NCBI GenBank assembly: GCA_965224085.1
Contig: CBDCYI010000011.1
Location: 1,184,001 to 1,248,000, forward strand
DNA: 64,000 nt
Source of the DNA: Candidatus Marinacidobacterales bacterium
GTDB lineage: Bacteria; Acidobacteriota; Vicinamibacteria; Marinacidobacterales; SMYC01
Direction of reading: 5' to 3'
Below the pieces are notes generated by a model that saw only the letters and a program-made list of their open reading frames with translations, did no database searches and was not told the origin of the DNA. A program made the translations under genes and the position numbers. The stretch's first letter is position 1, and every line of letters begins with the position of its first letter. Below are positions 50,480-61,058 of this stretch, one piece after another.

Positions 50480-50925
50480 GGGGCTTATATACATGACTAG
50501 ACAAGCCCCTATTTGGATTCACGAATCAGAAAAAAGCCCTCATAGATGAGCAAGGAGACCGCAAACGGCACCATAACCAGCCACAAGGTCCCGCTCTCCA
50601 GTCCACTGCCCGCCATCTTCGCCAAGTAATTGTAGGCGTATAAATGAACCAGCGCCCCCACCAGGACCGTCACCACGAGCCGAGGCCATTCGGTTTCGCC
50701 CCGCATCGAACCGAGGATTTTCTCGATGAAAACGAGTACGAGGGCGACGACTGCGAAAGGGTCGATCCAATCGAATATGGGCTTGGCCGCAGCGGGATTG
50801 ACGGCGTAGAAGAAGTTGTTGAGCGTCAAAACGAAAGCTACGGCGAGCATGAAGCATCCTTTTAGTGACCGCATATTTCATCTTCTCCTATTCTTCTGTC
50901 GTGTCTAGTCATGGATATAAGCCCC
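50480..50925. mobile_element. Non-autonomous mobile cassette (MITE/MIC-like) with 24-bp TIRs and 8-bp TSD, carrying one passenger gene
   Basis: TIRs GGGGCTTATATACATGACTAGACA (50480-50503) and TGTCTAGTCATGGATATAAGCCCC (50902-50925), 1 mismatch. TSD TTGCGTTC at 50472-50479 and 50926-50933. Confidence 0.93.
50509..50874 (-). CDS. Four-TM hypothetical membrane protein (cassette passenger)
   Basis: Four hydrophobic segments; fills the space between the TIRs. The AGGAG RBS fits the ATG at 50881 better, so there may be an early frameshift. Confidence 0.7.
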   Translation of the reverse strand: MRSLKGCFMLAVAFVLTLNNFFYAVNPAAAKPIFDWIDPFAVVALVLVFIEKILGSMRGETEWPRLVVTVLVGALVHLYAYNYLAKMAGSGLESGTLWLVMVPFAVSLLIYEGFFLIRESK

Positions 50926-51679
50926 TTGCGTTCAGTGCCGGTCCTTCTTCTTCGTAGGCTTCGATTCGAGCAAGAACGAGCTCCGTGAGCCGCTCGCTGG
51001 TAAGCGAACCTGCGGTCATGGCCTCCTGAATCTCGAAGATGGTGGCAGAGGTGAGATCGAATTCGGCGGCCTTGGCCGGGCTCGCTATCGACGGGACAAA
51101 GGCTGCTAGCACCATCCCGGCGGACGCATTGAATCTGAGCGCTCTACAAATTGTCATCAAGTCGACCTGTACCTGTTTCAAATGGAGACCGGGGAGCAAT
51201 TCCTGTCATTTTTTCCGAAGCGTAACACAGCGCAGCGGAGCAGCACACGAGAGGGAGATCGCCCTCGGGCTGGCTAAGCTAACCTGGACGCTGCCAATCA
51301 GACCGAGGTCTCGCATGGTGGATTTCTGTCGCTCGGGCTGGTTGGTCAGGAGAACTTCCCGAGTTGACGAGCCCGAACGACGGAATCCTCTGGGTTCAAA
51401 GCGAGTGTTGGCGCAGCGCCTCACATCCACGCCGTCGTTTCCAGGGACCGAATCGGGTTTCGCCGGCGTCCGCTGCACAGCGTCTCCCAAGGCAGCCGCC
51501 AGTATGAGAGAACTGCTGATTGGCGAAGCGAGCACTAAGCCGTGGTGCTGTCGCCGCGAGACAGCTGGCGGAAGCGGGCCACGCGTGCACTTCAAGAGGC
51601 CGCCGAGAGGCTCGCAAGCAACACGCGCGAGTTGGCGGACGAGGAATCCCGTGCGGGCGGTTCACGTCGAAATCGTTCA

Positions 51680-52230
51680 GCTGGCCAAGCTCCGAAAGCT
51701 CCTCGTGGGACAAACGACGAGACATCTCTTTGAACGAACGGCTCGACGCGCGCACTCCCGACTTCGAGAAGCACGAACGGTCTCAGGAGCCCGCGCAGGT
51801 CATCCGCCTGTCGTGGTGGGTAAACGACGCGGACATCCGCGGATCGCCAAGTCGGATCGGCGGTTTCCACATTGAGTACCACCTCGGCTCCCGGTACGGA
51901 GAGATTCGAAACCAGCGCATCGAAGTAACTTTCTCTCTCTCGCGTCGCCGCTTCGCCCTCGCTCTTCCAGTTGCCGACCATGGGAACTGCATCCACTCGA
52001 CCGGGTTCGATCTTGAGATCCAGGTCCTCGGAAAACCGCCCGATGAGCGCAAAGCCTTTTGACAGTGACGTGCCTCCCTTCAGCCAGAGCTCGAATCCCG
52101 TGTCGAGAAGAGCCCAAAGGGTGTGCGTAACCCAGTAATCCTTTTCGACGAGGGCAAGGGAAAGGCTACGCTTGTCAGCAACGATACGGACGAGGGCGTC
52201 AAAATCGGGATCCTCGTGTACGAAGCTCAC
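51680..52230 (-). pseudogene. AbiEii/AbiGii nucleotidyltransferase toxin, 3'-truncated (end approximate)
   Basis: VEKDYWV, KGGTSLSKGF.LI.RFSEDLD motifs; the C-terminal catalytic half is missing. Confidence 0.85.
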
Positions 52231-52740
52231 GCGTCAGCGTCCGCAATCGCCGACTCGACGCGCTCGAAGGTTTTCTTGGTTCCGTAGCGCACGGCCACGT
52301 CATGTAGTCGGGCTCGGTCGAATCTCCCGTGACGAAGCGCGCGTGCGAGGGTGACGGCCAGATCGACGGGGGACGCCGAAGCCTGTTCCGGATGCTCGAA
52401 AAGATCTACGACGAACCACTCGGGGCTGGGTCTCCTGGGAAACGCCACACGCCGAAGCCGAAACCGTCGTCCCCCCAGGTCGAACGTTCCCGAGCTAAGC
52501 ACCAGTGAACACGAATGGCGAGCCGTCGAGAAACGCACGGACGAGCGCTCCATCCGTGGGTGGAACGGTACCGAATCGACTCCGCGAGGGATGGGCGAAG
52601 AGCCCGTGCGCGAGACGGACAAGGCGACACTCGCGAACGAGACGGTTAGCCAGCCGCGGAGCATTCACCCCCCAGCGCGCAAACTCACGCGTGCGGTACA
52701 CCCGCCCTGGCTTCAATTTTGGATTCGACGCTGTCGGGAT
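52227..52740 (-). pseudogene. AbiEi-like (DUF6088-type) antitoxin with an internal deletion/frameshift (start approximate)
   Basis: PGRVYRT..F........L..LV....LVRLAHGLF..P..SRFG.VPP; the C-terminal part is in another frame and overlaps the toxin start (ATGA-type overlap GTGA). Confidence 0.72.
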
Positions 52741-52904
52741 TGTATTTATTATCCTGAAATAATAGTACCATATATACCCTAACATATCAAATACGCTTGT
52801 ACTTAGAACGGCTTCTGCCGTCGAACGAAGTTTCACGCGCGCCGCCAGAAAGACCACCGGACCCATTCCAAGTCCGATCCGGCGGAAGGAAGAACGATGC
52901 CTGA

Positions 52905-53255
52905 ACGAGACCGTGGACGTCTTGGTCGAGCGCGGTCTAGTCACTTCGGGCGAAACGCTCGCCCGGGTCTTGCCACAGATGACTTCCGGACTTCGCGCCA
53001 TAGGGATCACGGAACCGACGCTAGGCCAACTGTACGCTGGGATCTATCGAGCGTTCCGGAGGCGGCGGTCACTGCTCCTGCTGAATCTCCAGAAACAGAT
53101 CCAAGGTCGAAGAGCTACCGTGGGTCGCGGCAATCGAGCGGTTTCGCAGTGACAGCCTGTCCAGCCGAGAGCTCGCAAGGCAGACGCTCGAGGAAGTCAC
53201 CATTTTTAACGCTGACCTCATTTCCGCAGGCGATTCTTCCGAACAAGCTCCTCCC
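52905..53255 (+). pseudogene. Internal fragment of a conserved hypothetical protein, frameshifted
   Basis: Protein-like SGETLARVLPQ...YRAFRRRRSLLLLNL..Q, continuing as EELPWV...FPQAILPNKLL in another frame; no start or proper end. Confidence 0.5.
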
Positions 53256-53602
53256 ACGAGACCATCCGATGCCCGTCGTTTTCTTGGGTGGTCAAAGACG
53301 AAACATTGGCTACTGGAAACGCTGAAATGAACGCTCATCGCTGCGAGAACACACCTGCGAGGATGCCTCCGAGCACGAGGACCGGCATGCCGATAGCGGG
53401 GAGCGCCCGCCAGAGCGCGGCGGCAAAGGAAGTCTCCTCGACGGCTTCCGTTCGCGGCTCACGCTCGTACCGCTGCGCTTGGTCCAAGCTCGACGCAACG
53501 GCGTCCTGAGCTCAACGACGTAGGTCGTTGATAGCACACCCTCACGAGTAGCCACGAGCGACAGGTTTCAGGAGAGACGCCGCACGTGAGAGGGAAGAAT
53601 TC

Positions 53603-54075
53603 CTACTTGATGAGGTACAGCTCATCCTGTGGCGGTGACAGGTACTCGACTCCATTTTCGGTGGCAATTGCCTGCTCGTGATCCCACCAGAACAGATACT
53701 GGTCTTCGTGCTCGGAGGAGGGCCAGGGCAGATAGATGAAGTATTCCAGAACAAAATGGTGGTTTGGCGGAAGGGGTATGTCCCACATCCATTCCGGGCC
53801 GTTCGAGCCAATCCTGGGACCGAAATAATTCTCGAATTTCCTCTCGCGGGCTCCTTTCCCCATGCCATGGCAATCGATATTGAGGTTGGCCGTGTAGTTC
53901 CTGACGATTTCACGAGGCGTAAGCCCCACCTTGATGGTCTCTGCCAGGATCATGTCGACCTTCTTGTACTCTGCCCAGATTCGCTTGATGTCCGCAGGCG
54001 GTTGTGTCTCTCCCTCGCGGAGCACATAGGCGTAGGTTCCCTGACTCGGGGCTGCAACGATATCGCCTCGCTGGA
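53603..54075 (-). pseudogene. M24 (Xaa-Pro peptidase-like) C-terminal fragment
   Basis: IQRGD, AYVLREGET.PP, D.HGMG, LE and DHEQ metal-site residues; 5' part missing. Confidence 0.6.
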
Positions 54076-54107
54076 TCGGCACGTTTTCGTGGCCCGCGGT
54101 GCGCCCC

Positions 54108-54929
54108 CTATGTGAAACCCCGGTGCCTCTCCGGCGAAAGGTGGTCACGCCGACTGTCGTCACCCATAGCGAGCGCGATGTCGCCCGCGCTTTTCAGGCG
54201 TTGTTCCTTCCTCTTGCGCAGGCAGCGTTCGAGCAATCGGCGCATCGAAGGCGTCGTGCTCTCCGGCAGCGCCTCCCACTCCGGTGTGCGCTCGACGATT
54301 TTGGCGAGCGTATCGGTCACGGTCTCTCTGGCGAAAGCTTTCCTTCCCGTGAGAGCCTCATAGAGACAGCAGCCGAACGCCCAAGTGTCCGTCCGTTTGT
54401 CGATGGTCTTCCCGCGCGCTTGCTCCGGGCTCATGTAGGACGCGGTGCCGATGATGACGCCGAGCGCGGTGCCTCTGGTCAACGTGGGAGACTGAGACGA
54501 ATCTGGCGCCGAGTCTTGCTCGCCAACGAAGGCTTTCGCTAAACCAAAATCCAAAATCTTCGGCTTCCCATCCGGCAAGATCTTGATATTCGCGAGCTTC
54601 AAGTCCCTGTGGATGATCCCCTTGTCGTGCGCGGCTTCCAGGCCTTCAGCGATCTGGATGAACAACGGGATGGCCTCATCGATAGAGATCGGGCCTTGCG
54701 CGATCCTCTCCGCTAGCGTCTCGCCTTCCACCACCTCCATCACCAGAAACTGCTGGCCGTCGTGCTCTTCGAATCCGTGCAGCGTCGCGATGTTACTGGG
54801 CTAGGAGCCGCGCTTCGCGCTCGAAGCGGTCCAGACGTTCTTGGTCTCGCGCAAACTCCTCGGGTAGGACTTTGATGGCGACATCTCGGCCAAGCTTGAT
54901 GTCGCGGGCTCGGTAGACTTCACCCATGC
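54108..54929 (-). pseudogene. Hanks-type Ser/Thr kinase fragment; N-terminus cut by a group II intron, with a small deletion near 54800
   Basis: [36 protein letters not shown] and GTASYMSPEQ. Confidence 0.88.
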
Positions 54930-56085
54930 GTGCGTCCAGCTAAGGCTGGCGTGTTCAGTGGGAGTCAGTCCCACCGGGGCAAGAGCCAGAAGCCCCGTAG
55001 CTTGGATAGCAGGAAGGAGGGAAACCGAATGACCTGAAGCCTATCGACAAAGCCATCGTAAGGGATGGTGAGCGAGTCATCGGGCCGTAACGCAAGTGAA
55101 CGCAGAAGTAGCCTCGAAAGAAGTCACTCCGGAGGCCGAGCCCTTGTTTGGGGGGTGAAGGCAGCATGGGACGTCGCAGATTGGCCGAAGCGTCCTCGCA
55201 CTCCGGCGGGGTCGCAGCGACAGCACGGTGACAAGGACACGCTAAGCAACTGGAGAGGCCCTCCTCGTCCCATAGGGAGACCCGTGAAGCAACGCCGTCA
55301 GTATAACCGGCATCCCCCGGGAAATCGGACGGCAGGCGAGAGGGAGTCGGAGGGGTCCATATTAGCGATGAAGCGGAGTAATGCCCGTGGAGCGAAGGGG
55401 CCCTACTGTACAAGGAATCTTTTGACCAATGGGAGGCAGAGGCGATGACACAAGCGCCGATAGAGCTGCAAGACCTGAGACGAAAGATATATGCGAAGGC
55501 GAAGGCGGATAAGCGCCATCGCTTTTGGGGCATCTACGTCCACATCTGCAAGGAGGAAACGCTTCGCAAAGCCTACGACCGGGCAAAGGCCAACGGCGGC
55601 GCCCCGGGAATTGATGGGGTGACGTTCGAGTCCATTGAGGCCTCGGACGGAGGGGTTGCGAGTTTCGTCGAGCAGTTACGGGACGAGTTGGTGAGAGACG
55701 ACTACCGGCCCCAGCCGAATCGGCGCAAGGAGATACCCAAGGACGGCGGCAAGAAAGTCCGCGTGCTGGGTATTCCCACGATCCGAGACCGGGTGGTGCA
55801 AGGTGCCGTCAAGCTCATCTTGGAGCCCATTTTCGAGGCAGACTTCCAACCAGGCTCGTTTGGGTACCGGCTTAATCGGAGTGCTCATCATACGATACAT
55901 CGGGTCGTGGTGAGCATCACTCAGGAAAAGACACGCGTCATCGATTTGGATTTGAAAAGCTACTTCGACAATGTCAGGCACCACATATTGATGGAGAAAG
56001 TGGCTCGTAGGGTCAGCGACCGACAAGTGCTTCGCCTGTTGAAGTTGATGCTCAAAGCGAATGGCAAGAAAGGAGTTCCTCAGGG
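54930..56085 (+). mobile_element. Group II intron C, 5' half only
   Basis: 5' GTGCG at 54930; D1/D3 motifs (GAAGGCAGCAT, GGAGTCGGAGGGGTCCATATTAGCGATGAAG...GAAGGGGCCCT); D5/D6 absent. Confidence 0.85.
55445..56085 (+). pseudogene. ltrA: Group II intron RT/maturase truncated after the PQG motif
   Basis: APGIDG, R.LGIPTIRDR, DLDLKSYFD and GVPQG, then a junction; no YADD. Confidence 0.9.
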
Positions 56086-57243
56086 CTCGGCCGCATTGTG
56101 CGGGTAGGCGTTCCAATCGTCGATGCGCCCTTTCCACGCCGGGCGGTAGTCGAGCCGGGCATGGTTGCCGTAAATCGTGTAGGTGAATGTTGACACCAGC
56201 ACACACAACGACGCCCGCGGTTTGCCGTGAAGTGCGCACACGAAAAAAGGCATCGCGTCGTAGTGGTCACCGCACACGATACGCGCGGCGTACACGCCGC
56301 AGGGGAGATCCTCCGGGATGGTGAACGAGAAGTCCGTCTTCCAGCCGAAGTCATAGATGTCGTCTTCGTGAAAGTGAATCGCGCCGTATTGCCCCGGTGC
56401 GTGACGCCAGCACATCTCGTTACCGTCCCAGCGCGCGCCGGTCATAGCACGCGCCGGCAGGTTGATGAGCTCACCGTGGAGCGCCAAAGCGGTATCTTCG
56501 ATGCGGGTGGTCGAGATACCGCGGCTGAAGTCCCATGCGGCCACCGGAGGGTCGAGGGGCGTGTCGGCGGAGAGAGCTTCCGCAGTGAACGCACGAGCGA
56601 AGATACGAGGGGAGTCGATCTTTCCGTTGTAGAGGTGGCTTGCGGTATCCTTCGTGAACAGGATCTGGTCAACGGCTGACGTGTCCGCGTCCGTGTGCAT
56701 CGTGATCCAGAACTCGCTCGCCACCCCGTCCGACAACGGCAGGCTGCCGACTCGGAGCTCTCCCGCGTCGGCATGAAGCGCCAGAAACACCCGGTACCAG
56801 CGTCGATGGATGAGAGCAGAGCCGGTGCTGACCTTTGCGCCCCCCACGCGCCCCTCGATGCTCCCGGTACTGTCGAGCGACAAGCGGGCGAGCGACTCGG
56901 TGCCGGCGCCCAAACACATGATTACCTGCTCGCCCCCTCCGACAGCGGTCGGCCAGATGTCGGCAACCAGAGTGAAGGAATCCATCGACGGGAGACGGGC
57001 GGCGGTTTTGATGAGCGCATACGAGCCGGGTGAGAACGATTGCTCGCGAGAGGGATAGCTGCCCTCGAACTCGGACGCTACCGGATTCTCGATGAGACCG
57101 GGACCGGCCGGATTGGGATCGGCGCATACCACCCGCACCAGCCGTGCGTGGTAAGGATCGCGCGAAAGGCTGCTGACCTTGAACTCGATGCTTTCGCCGG
57201 CGCGCACCGACAATCGATTGGTATAGCCGATCAATGAAAGCAT
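56086..57243 (-). pseudogene. N,N-dimethylformamidase large-subunit family protein, 3'-truncated
   Basis: GY..RLS...GE.I.FKVSS, DPNP.GPG, LamG-like region, YGAIHFHEDD and TFTY..Y.N; ends at the junction with the intron fragment. Confidence 0.8.
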
Positions 57244-57323
57244 GATAAGGATCCTCTCTCGCAGCCTGGCTGGAACGCAATTGCCCTTACAGAGCCCTAC
57301 AGAGCCTTACAGAGGATGCATCG

Positions 57324-59012
57324 ATGATTCGAATGTCGCTCGTCGCCGTTACCGTTATTGCGCTATGCGCCTGCCTCCCGCTGTTTGCCCAAGAGCCCGA
57401 ACCCGCGCCGTCGCTCCGGCCCCGTGTGGATGCGGTGTTCTCCCGCTGGAACAGCACCAACAGTCCGGGCTGTGCGGTCTCCGTCGTCAAGGACGGCACG
57501 ATCGTCTATGGGCAAGGCTATGGGATGGCCAACCTCGACCACGACGTTCCCATCCGCACTGACACTGTCTTCCACGTGGCCAGCGTGTCCAAAGAGTTCG
57601 CCGCGGCCGCGATTGCGCTGCTGTCGCTAGCGGGGAAGCTCTCTCTCGACGATCCGATCCAGAAGCACTTGCCGTGGGTCGCTGATTTCGGACACGCGAT
57701 CACCATTCGCAATCTCGTACACCACAACAGCGGCTTGCGAGATCAGTGGAGTCTGCTCGGAATGTCCGGGTGGCGCTACTCGAAGGACCAGATCACGAAC
57801 GACGACGTGATCTATCTGATCGAGAGGCAGCGGGATCTGAACTTCGTGCCCGGCGATCGGTATCTCTACTCCAACACCGGCTATACGCTGATGGGCTTGA
57901 TTGTGAAGAAGGTGAGTGGACAGACGCTGCGGGAATTTACGACGGAGCGCATCTTCAAACCCCTTGGCATGACGCGAACGCACTTCCGCGACGATTTCTC
58001 CGCAATCGTGAAGGACCAGGCCTTCGGCTATCGCTGGGACGACGACACGAAGGCGTTTCATACGAGCGTGACCAACTTCGATACCGTGGGTGCGACCAGC
58101 CTCCTCACGACCGTCGAGGACATGGCCCGCTGGGATCGGAACTTTATCGATCCCGTGGTCGGCGGACAGGCATTTCTAGACCTGATGCACCAGCGTGGGA
58201 TTCTCAACGACGGCGAGCTTCAGGATTACGCCTTCGGATTGGTCCACGGCGCCTATCGAGGGCTCCCGACCGTCGGGCATGGCGGCTCCGACGCCGGTTA
58301 CCGCGCCCACTTTGTTCGATTCCCGGACCAGAGCTATAGCTTCGTCACGCTCTGTAACCTCGCGCAGACGAATCCAGGGCGATTGGCGCGGGACGTTGCG
58401 GACATCTATCTCGAGGAATACCTCGAGTCTGTCACCGAAGAAACGGCAGCCGAGATGAAGCCCGTCGCGCTGACGGACGACGCCATGGCGCGCATCGAAG
58501 GTACCTACTTCTCCGAGAATCTGGCGATCGTCCTTCGGGTCCAACGCGACGAGGAGGCGCTCCGGCTCAGCTTCGGTGGCCGACCGTTCGAGATGATCCA
58601 CACGGGAGACGGTAGGTTCGCCGTCCCTGAGATGGGCCGTGCGATGCGGTTCGAACCTGCCACCGGCGCCGTCGAACGTGTCCGGTTCTGGCTCGTCGGC
58701 GAGGAGCACGACGCCGAGTCTGCGATGAAGCTGGCCCCGTCGGAGATGGGCGAGGCCGCCTTGCAGGAGTTCGTCGGAAACTACAGCAGTCCGGAACTGC
58801 CCGTGACCTATCACATCGACCTGAAGGAGGGGCAGTTGACCATCCACTGGCTCAAGCGCGCCCCTCGACCGCTCACGCTGGTAAGCGCAGACTGGCTGAC
58901 GGGAGACGATGTCGGCAGTCTCCGTTTCCGGCGTGACGCCAGCGGGCAGATCGCGGGATTTACCCTCGATTCCGGGCGAGTCCGTAACTTCCGATTCGAG
59001 CGCGTGAGGTGA
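57324..59012 (+). CDS. Serine hydrolase (beta-lactamase class C/PBP family), secreted
   Basis: ASVSK (SxxK), YSN and HGG motifs; signal peptide. Confidence 0.93.
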   Translation: MIRMSLVAVTVIALCACLPLFAQEPEPAPSLRPRVDAVFSRWNSTNSPGCAVSVVKDGTIVYGQGYGMANLDHDVPIRTDTVFHVASVSKEFAAAAIALLSLAGKLSLDDPIQKHLPWVADFGHAITIRNLVHHNSGLRDQWSLLGMSGWRYSKDQITNDDVIYLIERQRDLNFVPGDRYLYSNTGYTLMGLIVKKVSGQTLREFTTERIFKPLGMTRTHFRDDFSAIVKDQAFGYRWDDDTKAFHTSVTNFDTVGATSLLTTVEDMARWDRNFIDPVVGGQAFLDLMHQRGILNDGELQDYAFGLVHGAYRGLPTVGHGGSDAGYRAHFVRFPDQSYSFVTLCNLAQTNPGRLARDVADIYLEEYLESVTEETAAEMKPVALTDDAMARIEGTYFSENLAIVLRVQRDEEALRLSFGGRPFEMIHTGDGRFAVPEMGRAMRFEPATGAVERVRFWLVGEEHDAESAMKLAPSEMGEAALQEFVGNYSSPELPVTYHIDLKEGQLTIHWLKRAPRPLTLVSADWLTGDDVGSLRFRRDASGQIAGFTLDSGRVRNFRFERVR

Positions 59013-59199
59013 AGCCCGCTGGAGGATCACGATCCCGCAGCTCACCACCACACGAGCGGGCTCTGACTGGGGAAGTGTCGCCTCGATCGCGGTCGTCATC
59101 GCCGCGTCGGTCACCGACAACGCTTCCGGGGCTGTTACGGGAGTCGATCCTGTAAGATCCGTGGGCGCCGGGAAAGTCGCCGACCCGAGGAGAACATCC

Positions 59200-60807
59200 A
59201 TGCTGATCTTCAATCCCCGTCATACCCGTCATCCCCGCCAGGCGGCGAGGCTTCGATGGTCCGTGCTGGCCCTAACCGTTTCTGTGCTCATGCCCGGGTG
59301 CTCGCCCGAAGAGGAGAATGCCGAGGAGAATGCCGAGGAGAAGGCCGGCCAGCCCGGATTGACCCGGCATCCCAACGTCCTTTTCATCTCGCTCGACGAT
59401 ATGAACGACTGGGTGGGGCCTCTGGCGGGGAACGACCAGACCATCACGCCTTCGTTGGATCGGTTCGCAAGACAGGGCGTCACGTTCCGGCGCAATTATG
59501 CCCCAAGCCCTGGCTGCAACCCTTCCCGTTCCGCCACCCTGACGGGTTTACACACCTACCGGTCGGGGATGTATTCGAACTACCAGGACTGGCGGAGAGT
59601 GCCCGCGCTGCAACAGGTCCAGACGCTCGGCCAACACTTCCGCAATGACGGTTATTACACGGCGGGCGCCGGCAAGATCTTTCACTACGAACAGGTCGAT
59701 GCCATCGGTTGGGACGACTACTACCCGAGCATCAAAAACCCGATGCCTGCGGACGACCTTCCTGAAACACGGCCCGTCAACATGCCGCCCTTCGAGTTCA
59801 TGTACGGCATGTTCGATTGGGCACCGCTCTCCATCACCGAGGAAGAAGCCGCTGATTTCGAGACCGTCACGTACATCACCGAGCAGTTGGAGAAAGAGCA
59901 CGACAAGCCGTTCTTTCTCGCCGCCGGCATCTATCGTCCTCATCTCCCCTGGTATGTACCGCAGGCATACTTCGACAAGTTCCCAATCGAGTCCATCAAA
60001 AAGCCGGCGGTGCTCGAGGACGACATTGCGGACCTGGGGCCGGTCGCCAGGGAGCTCATCGGGCGTGGAGGCGACTACCACCGTCACGTGGTCGAGGCCG
60101 ATCAGTGGAAAAAGGCCATCCAGGGATACCTGGCGTCCATCGCCTTTGCCGACGCGATGGCTGGACGCCTGCTCGACGCCCTGGAAGAAAGTCCTCATGC
60201 CGACAACACCATCGTCGTGATCTGGTCGGATCATGGATGGCAGTTGGGGGAGAAGTCGCATTGGAGAAAATTCGCCCTGTGGGAAAACGTGATTCGCACG
60301 GTTCTGATGATCCAGGTTCCCGAAGGGCTTCTGGCGATGCCACAGGGATCGGCGGTCGGCGAAGCGACGGACAACCTAACCTCGCTCCTGGACATCTACC
60401 CGACGCTGGTCGAGCTGTGCAACCTCTCGGAGCGCGATGACCTCGACGGGGTCAGCCTGGTCTCGTTGCTGGCCAATCCCCGGCAAGAGACGCCGCGATC
60501 GGTGATCACCACATACGATTACGGCAGTTACTCGGTTCGCAGCGGACAATGGCACTACATCCGCTACATCGATGATTCCGAGGAGCTCTACGACCTTGTC
60601 GACGACCCCGAGGAGTGGACCAACCTGGCGTCAGACCCGCGCTTCGCGCAGACCAAGGGTGAGCTGGCCGCGTCCATTCCCGAGGATCCGATCGACCTGC
60701 CCGAAGAATCGTTGCTGGAGCTTCAGGAACACCATGTTCCTCCGTTCAGGTCCAAAGCCTATTTCTTCAGCCCGGAAAGAGCGGAGTGGATGAAGAGGTT
60801 CGAGTGA
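59200..60807 (+). CDS. Formylglycine-dependent sulfatase (iduronate/choline sulfatase-like), possible lipoprotein
   Basis: NVLFISLDD, CNPSR (CxPxR), GKIFH, RPHLPW and SDHG..LGEK..W.K; 12-bp tandem repeat (EENA x3) at 59311-59346. Confidence 0.93.
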   Translation: MLIFNPRHTRHPRQAARLRWSVLALTVSVLMPGCSPEEENAEENAEEKAGQPGLTRHPNVLFISLDDMNDWVGPLAGNDQTITPSLDRFARQGVTFRRNYAPSPGCNPSRSATLTGLHTYRSGMYSNYQDWRRVPALQQVQTLGQHFRNDGYYTAGAGKIFHYEQVDAIGWDDYYPSIKNPMPADDLPETRPVNMPPFEFMYGMFDWAPLSITEEEAADFETVTYITEQLEKEHDKPFFLAAGIYRPHLPWYVPQAYFDKFPIESIKKPAVLEDDIADLGPVARELIGRGGDYHRHVVEADQWKKAIQGYLASIAFADAMAGRLLDALEESPHADNTIVVIWSDHGWQLGEKSHWRKFALWENVIRTVLMIQVPEGLLAMPQGSAVGEATDNLTSLLDIYPTLVELCNLSERDDLDGVSLVSLLANPRQETPRSVITTYDYGSYSVRSGQWHYIRYIDDSEELYDLVDDPEEWTNLASDPRFAQTKGELAASIPEDPIDLPEESLLELQEHHVPPFRSKAYFFSPERAEWMKRFE

Positions 60808-61058
60808 ATGGTGGGCATAGCTCAATACACGCTTTGAAGCCTCTGTTTAAGCGCTCTGGGAATCGTTCGGGACGAACGATTACAGCGTGACCTTTCTTCT
60901 TGCCTGGTAAGCCAGCCGACTGCCCGAGCTGGCCTTCCCCGAGTTTGCTTGGGTCTTGAGAAAATGGGTTCGCCGATTGGATGGCGAGGCTCGGGGAAGC
61001 TCAGTCGTCGTCGGGCTCTGCGGATCTGACTGGGCAGAGCTCGTTACGATGGGATCTT

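Larger units (their letters stand above)
49077..51157 (-). pseudogene. Amidase-signature enzyme, interrupted by a 446-bp cassette and frameshifted near 49735
   Basis: LHGIPVLLKDN, GKANMSE, GSSGG and GTDTGGSIR.P. Removing 50480-50933 restores GPALNAIITLNPEALAEA. Confidence 0.9.

Noticed and set aside
50480-50925. Integron gene cassette
   Set aside because: It is bounded by TIRs and an 8-bp TSD, not GTTRRRY/attC sites; no integrase nearby.
50971-51875. Long alternative-frame ORFs (e.g. 51039-51875, 58176-59213, 8836-9900, 21580-22596)
   Set aside because: They are Arg/Pro/Ala-rich shadows overlapping well-supported genes in GC-rich DNA and carry no family motifs.
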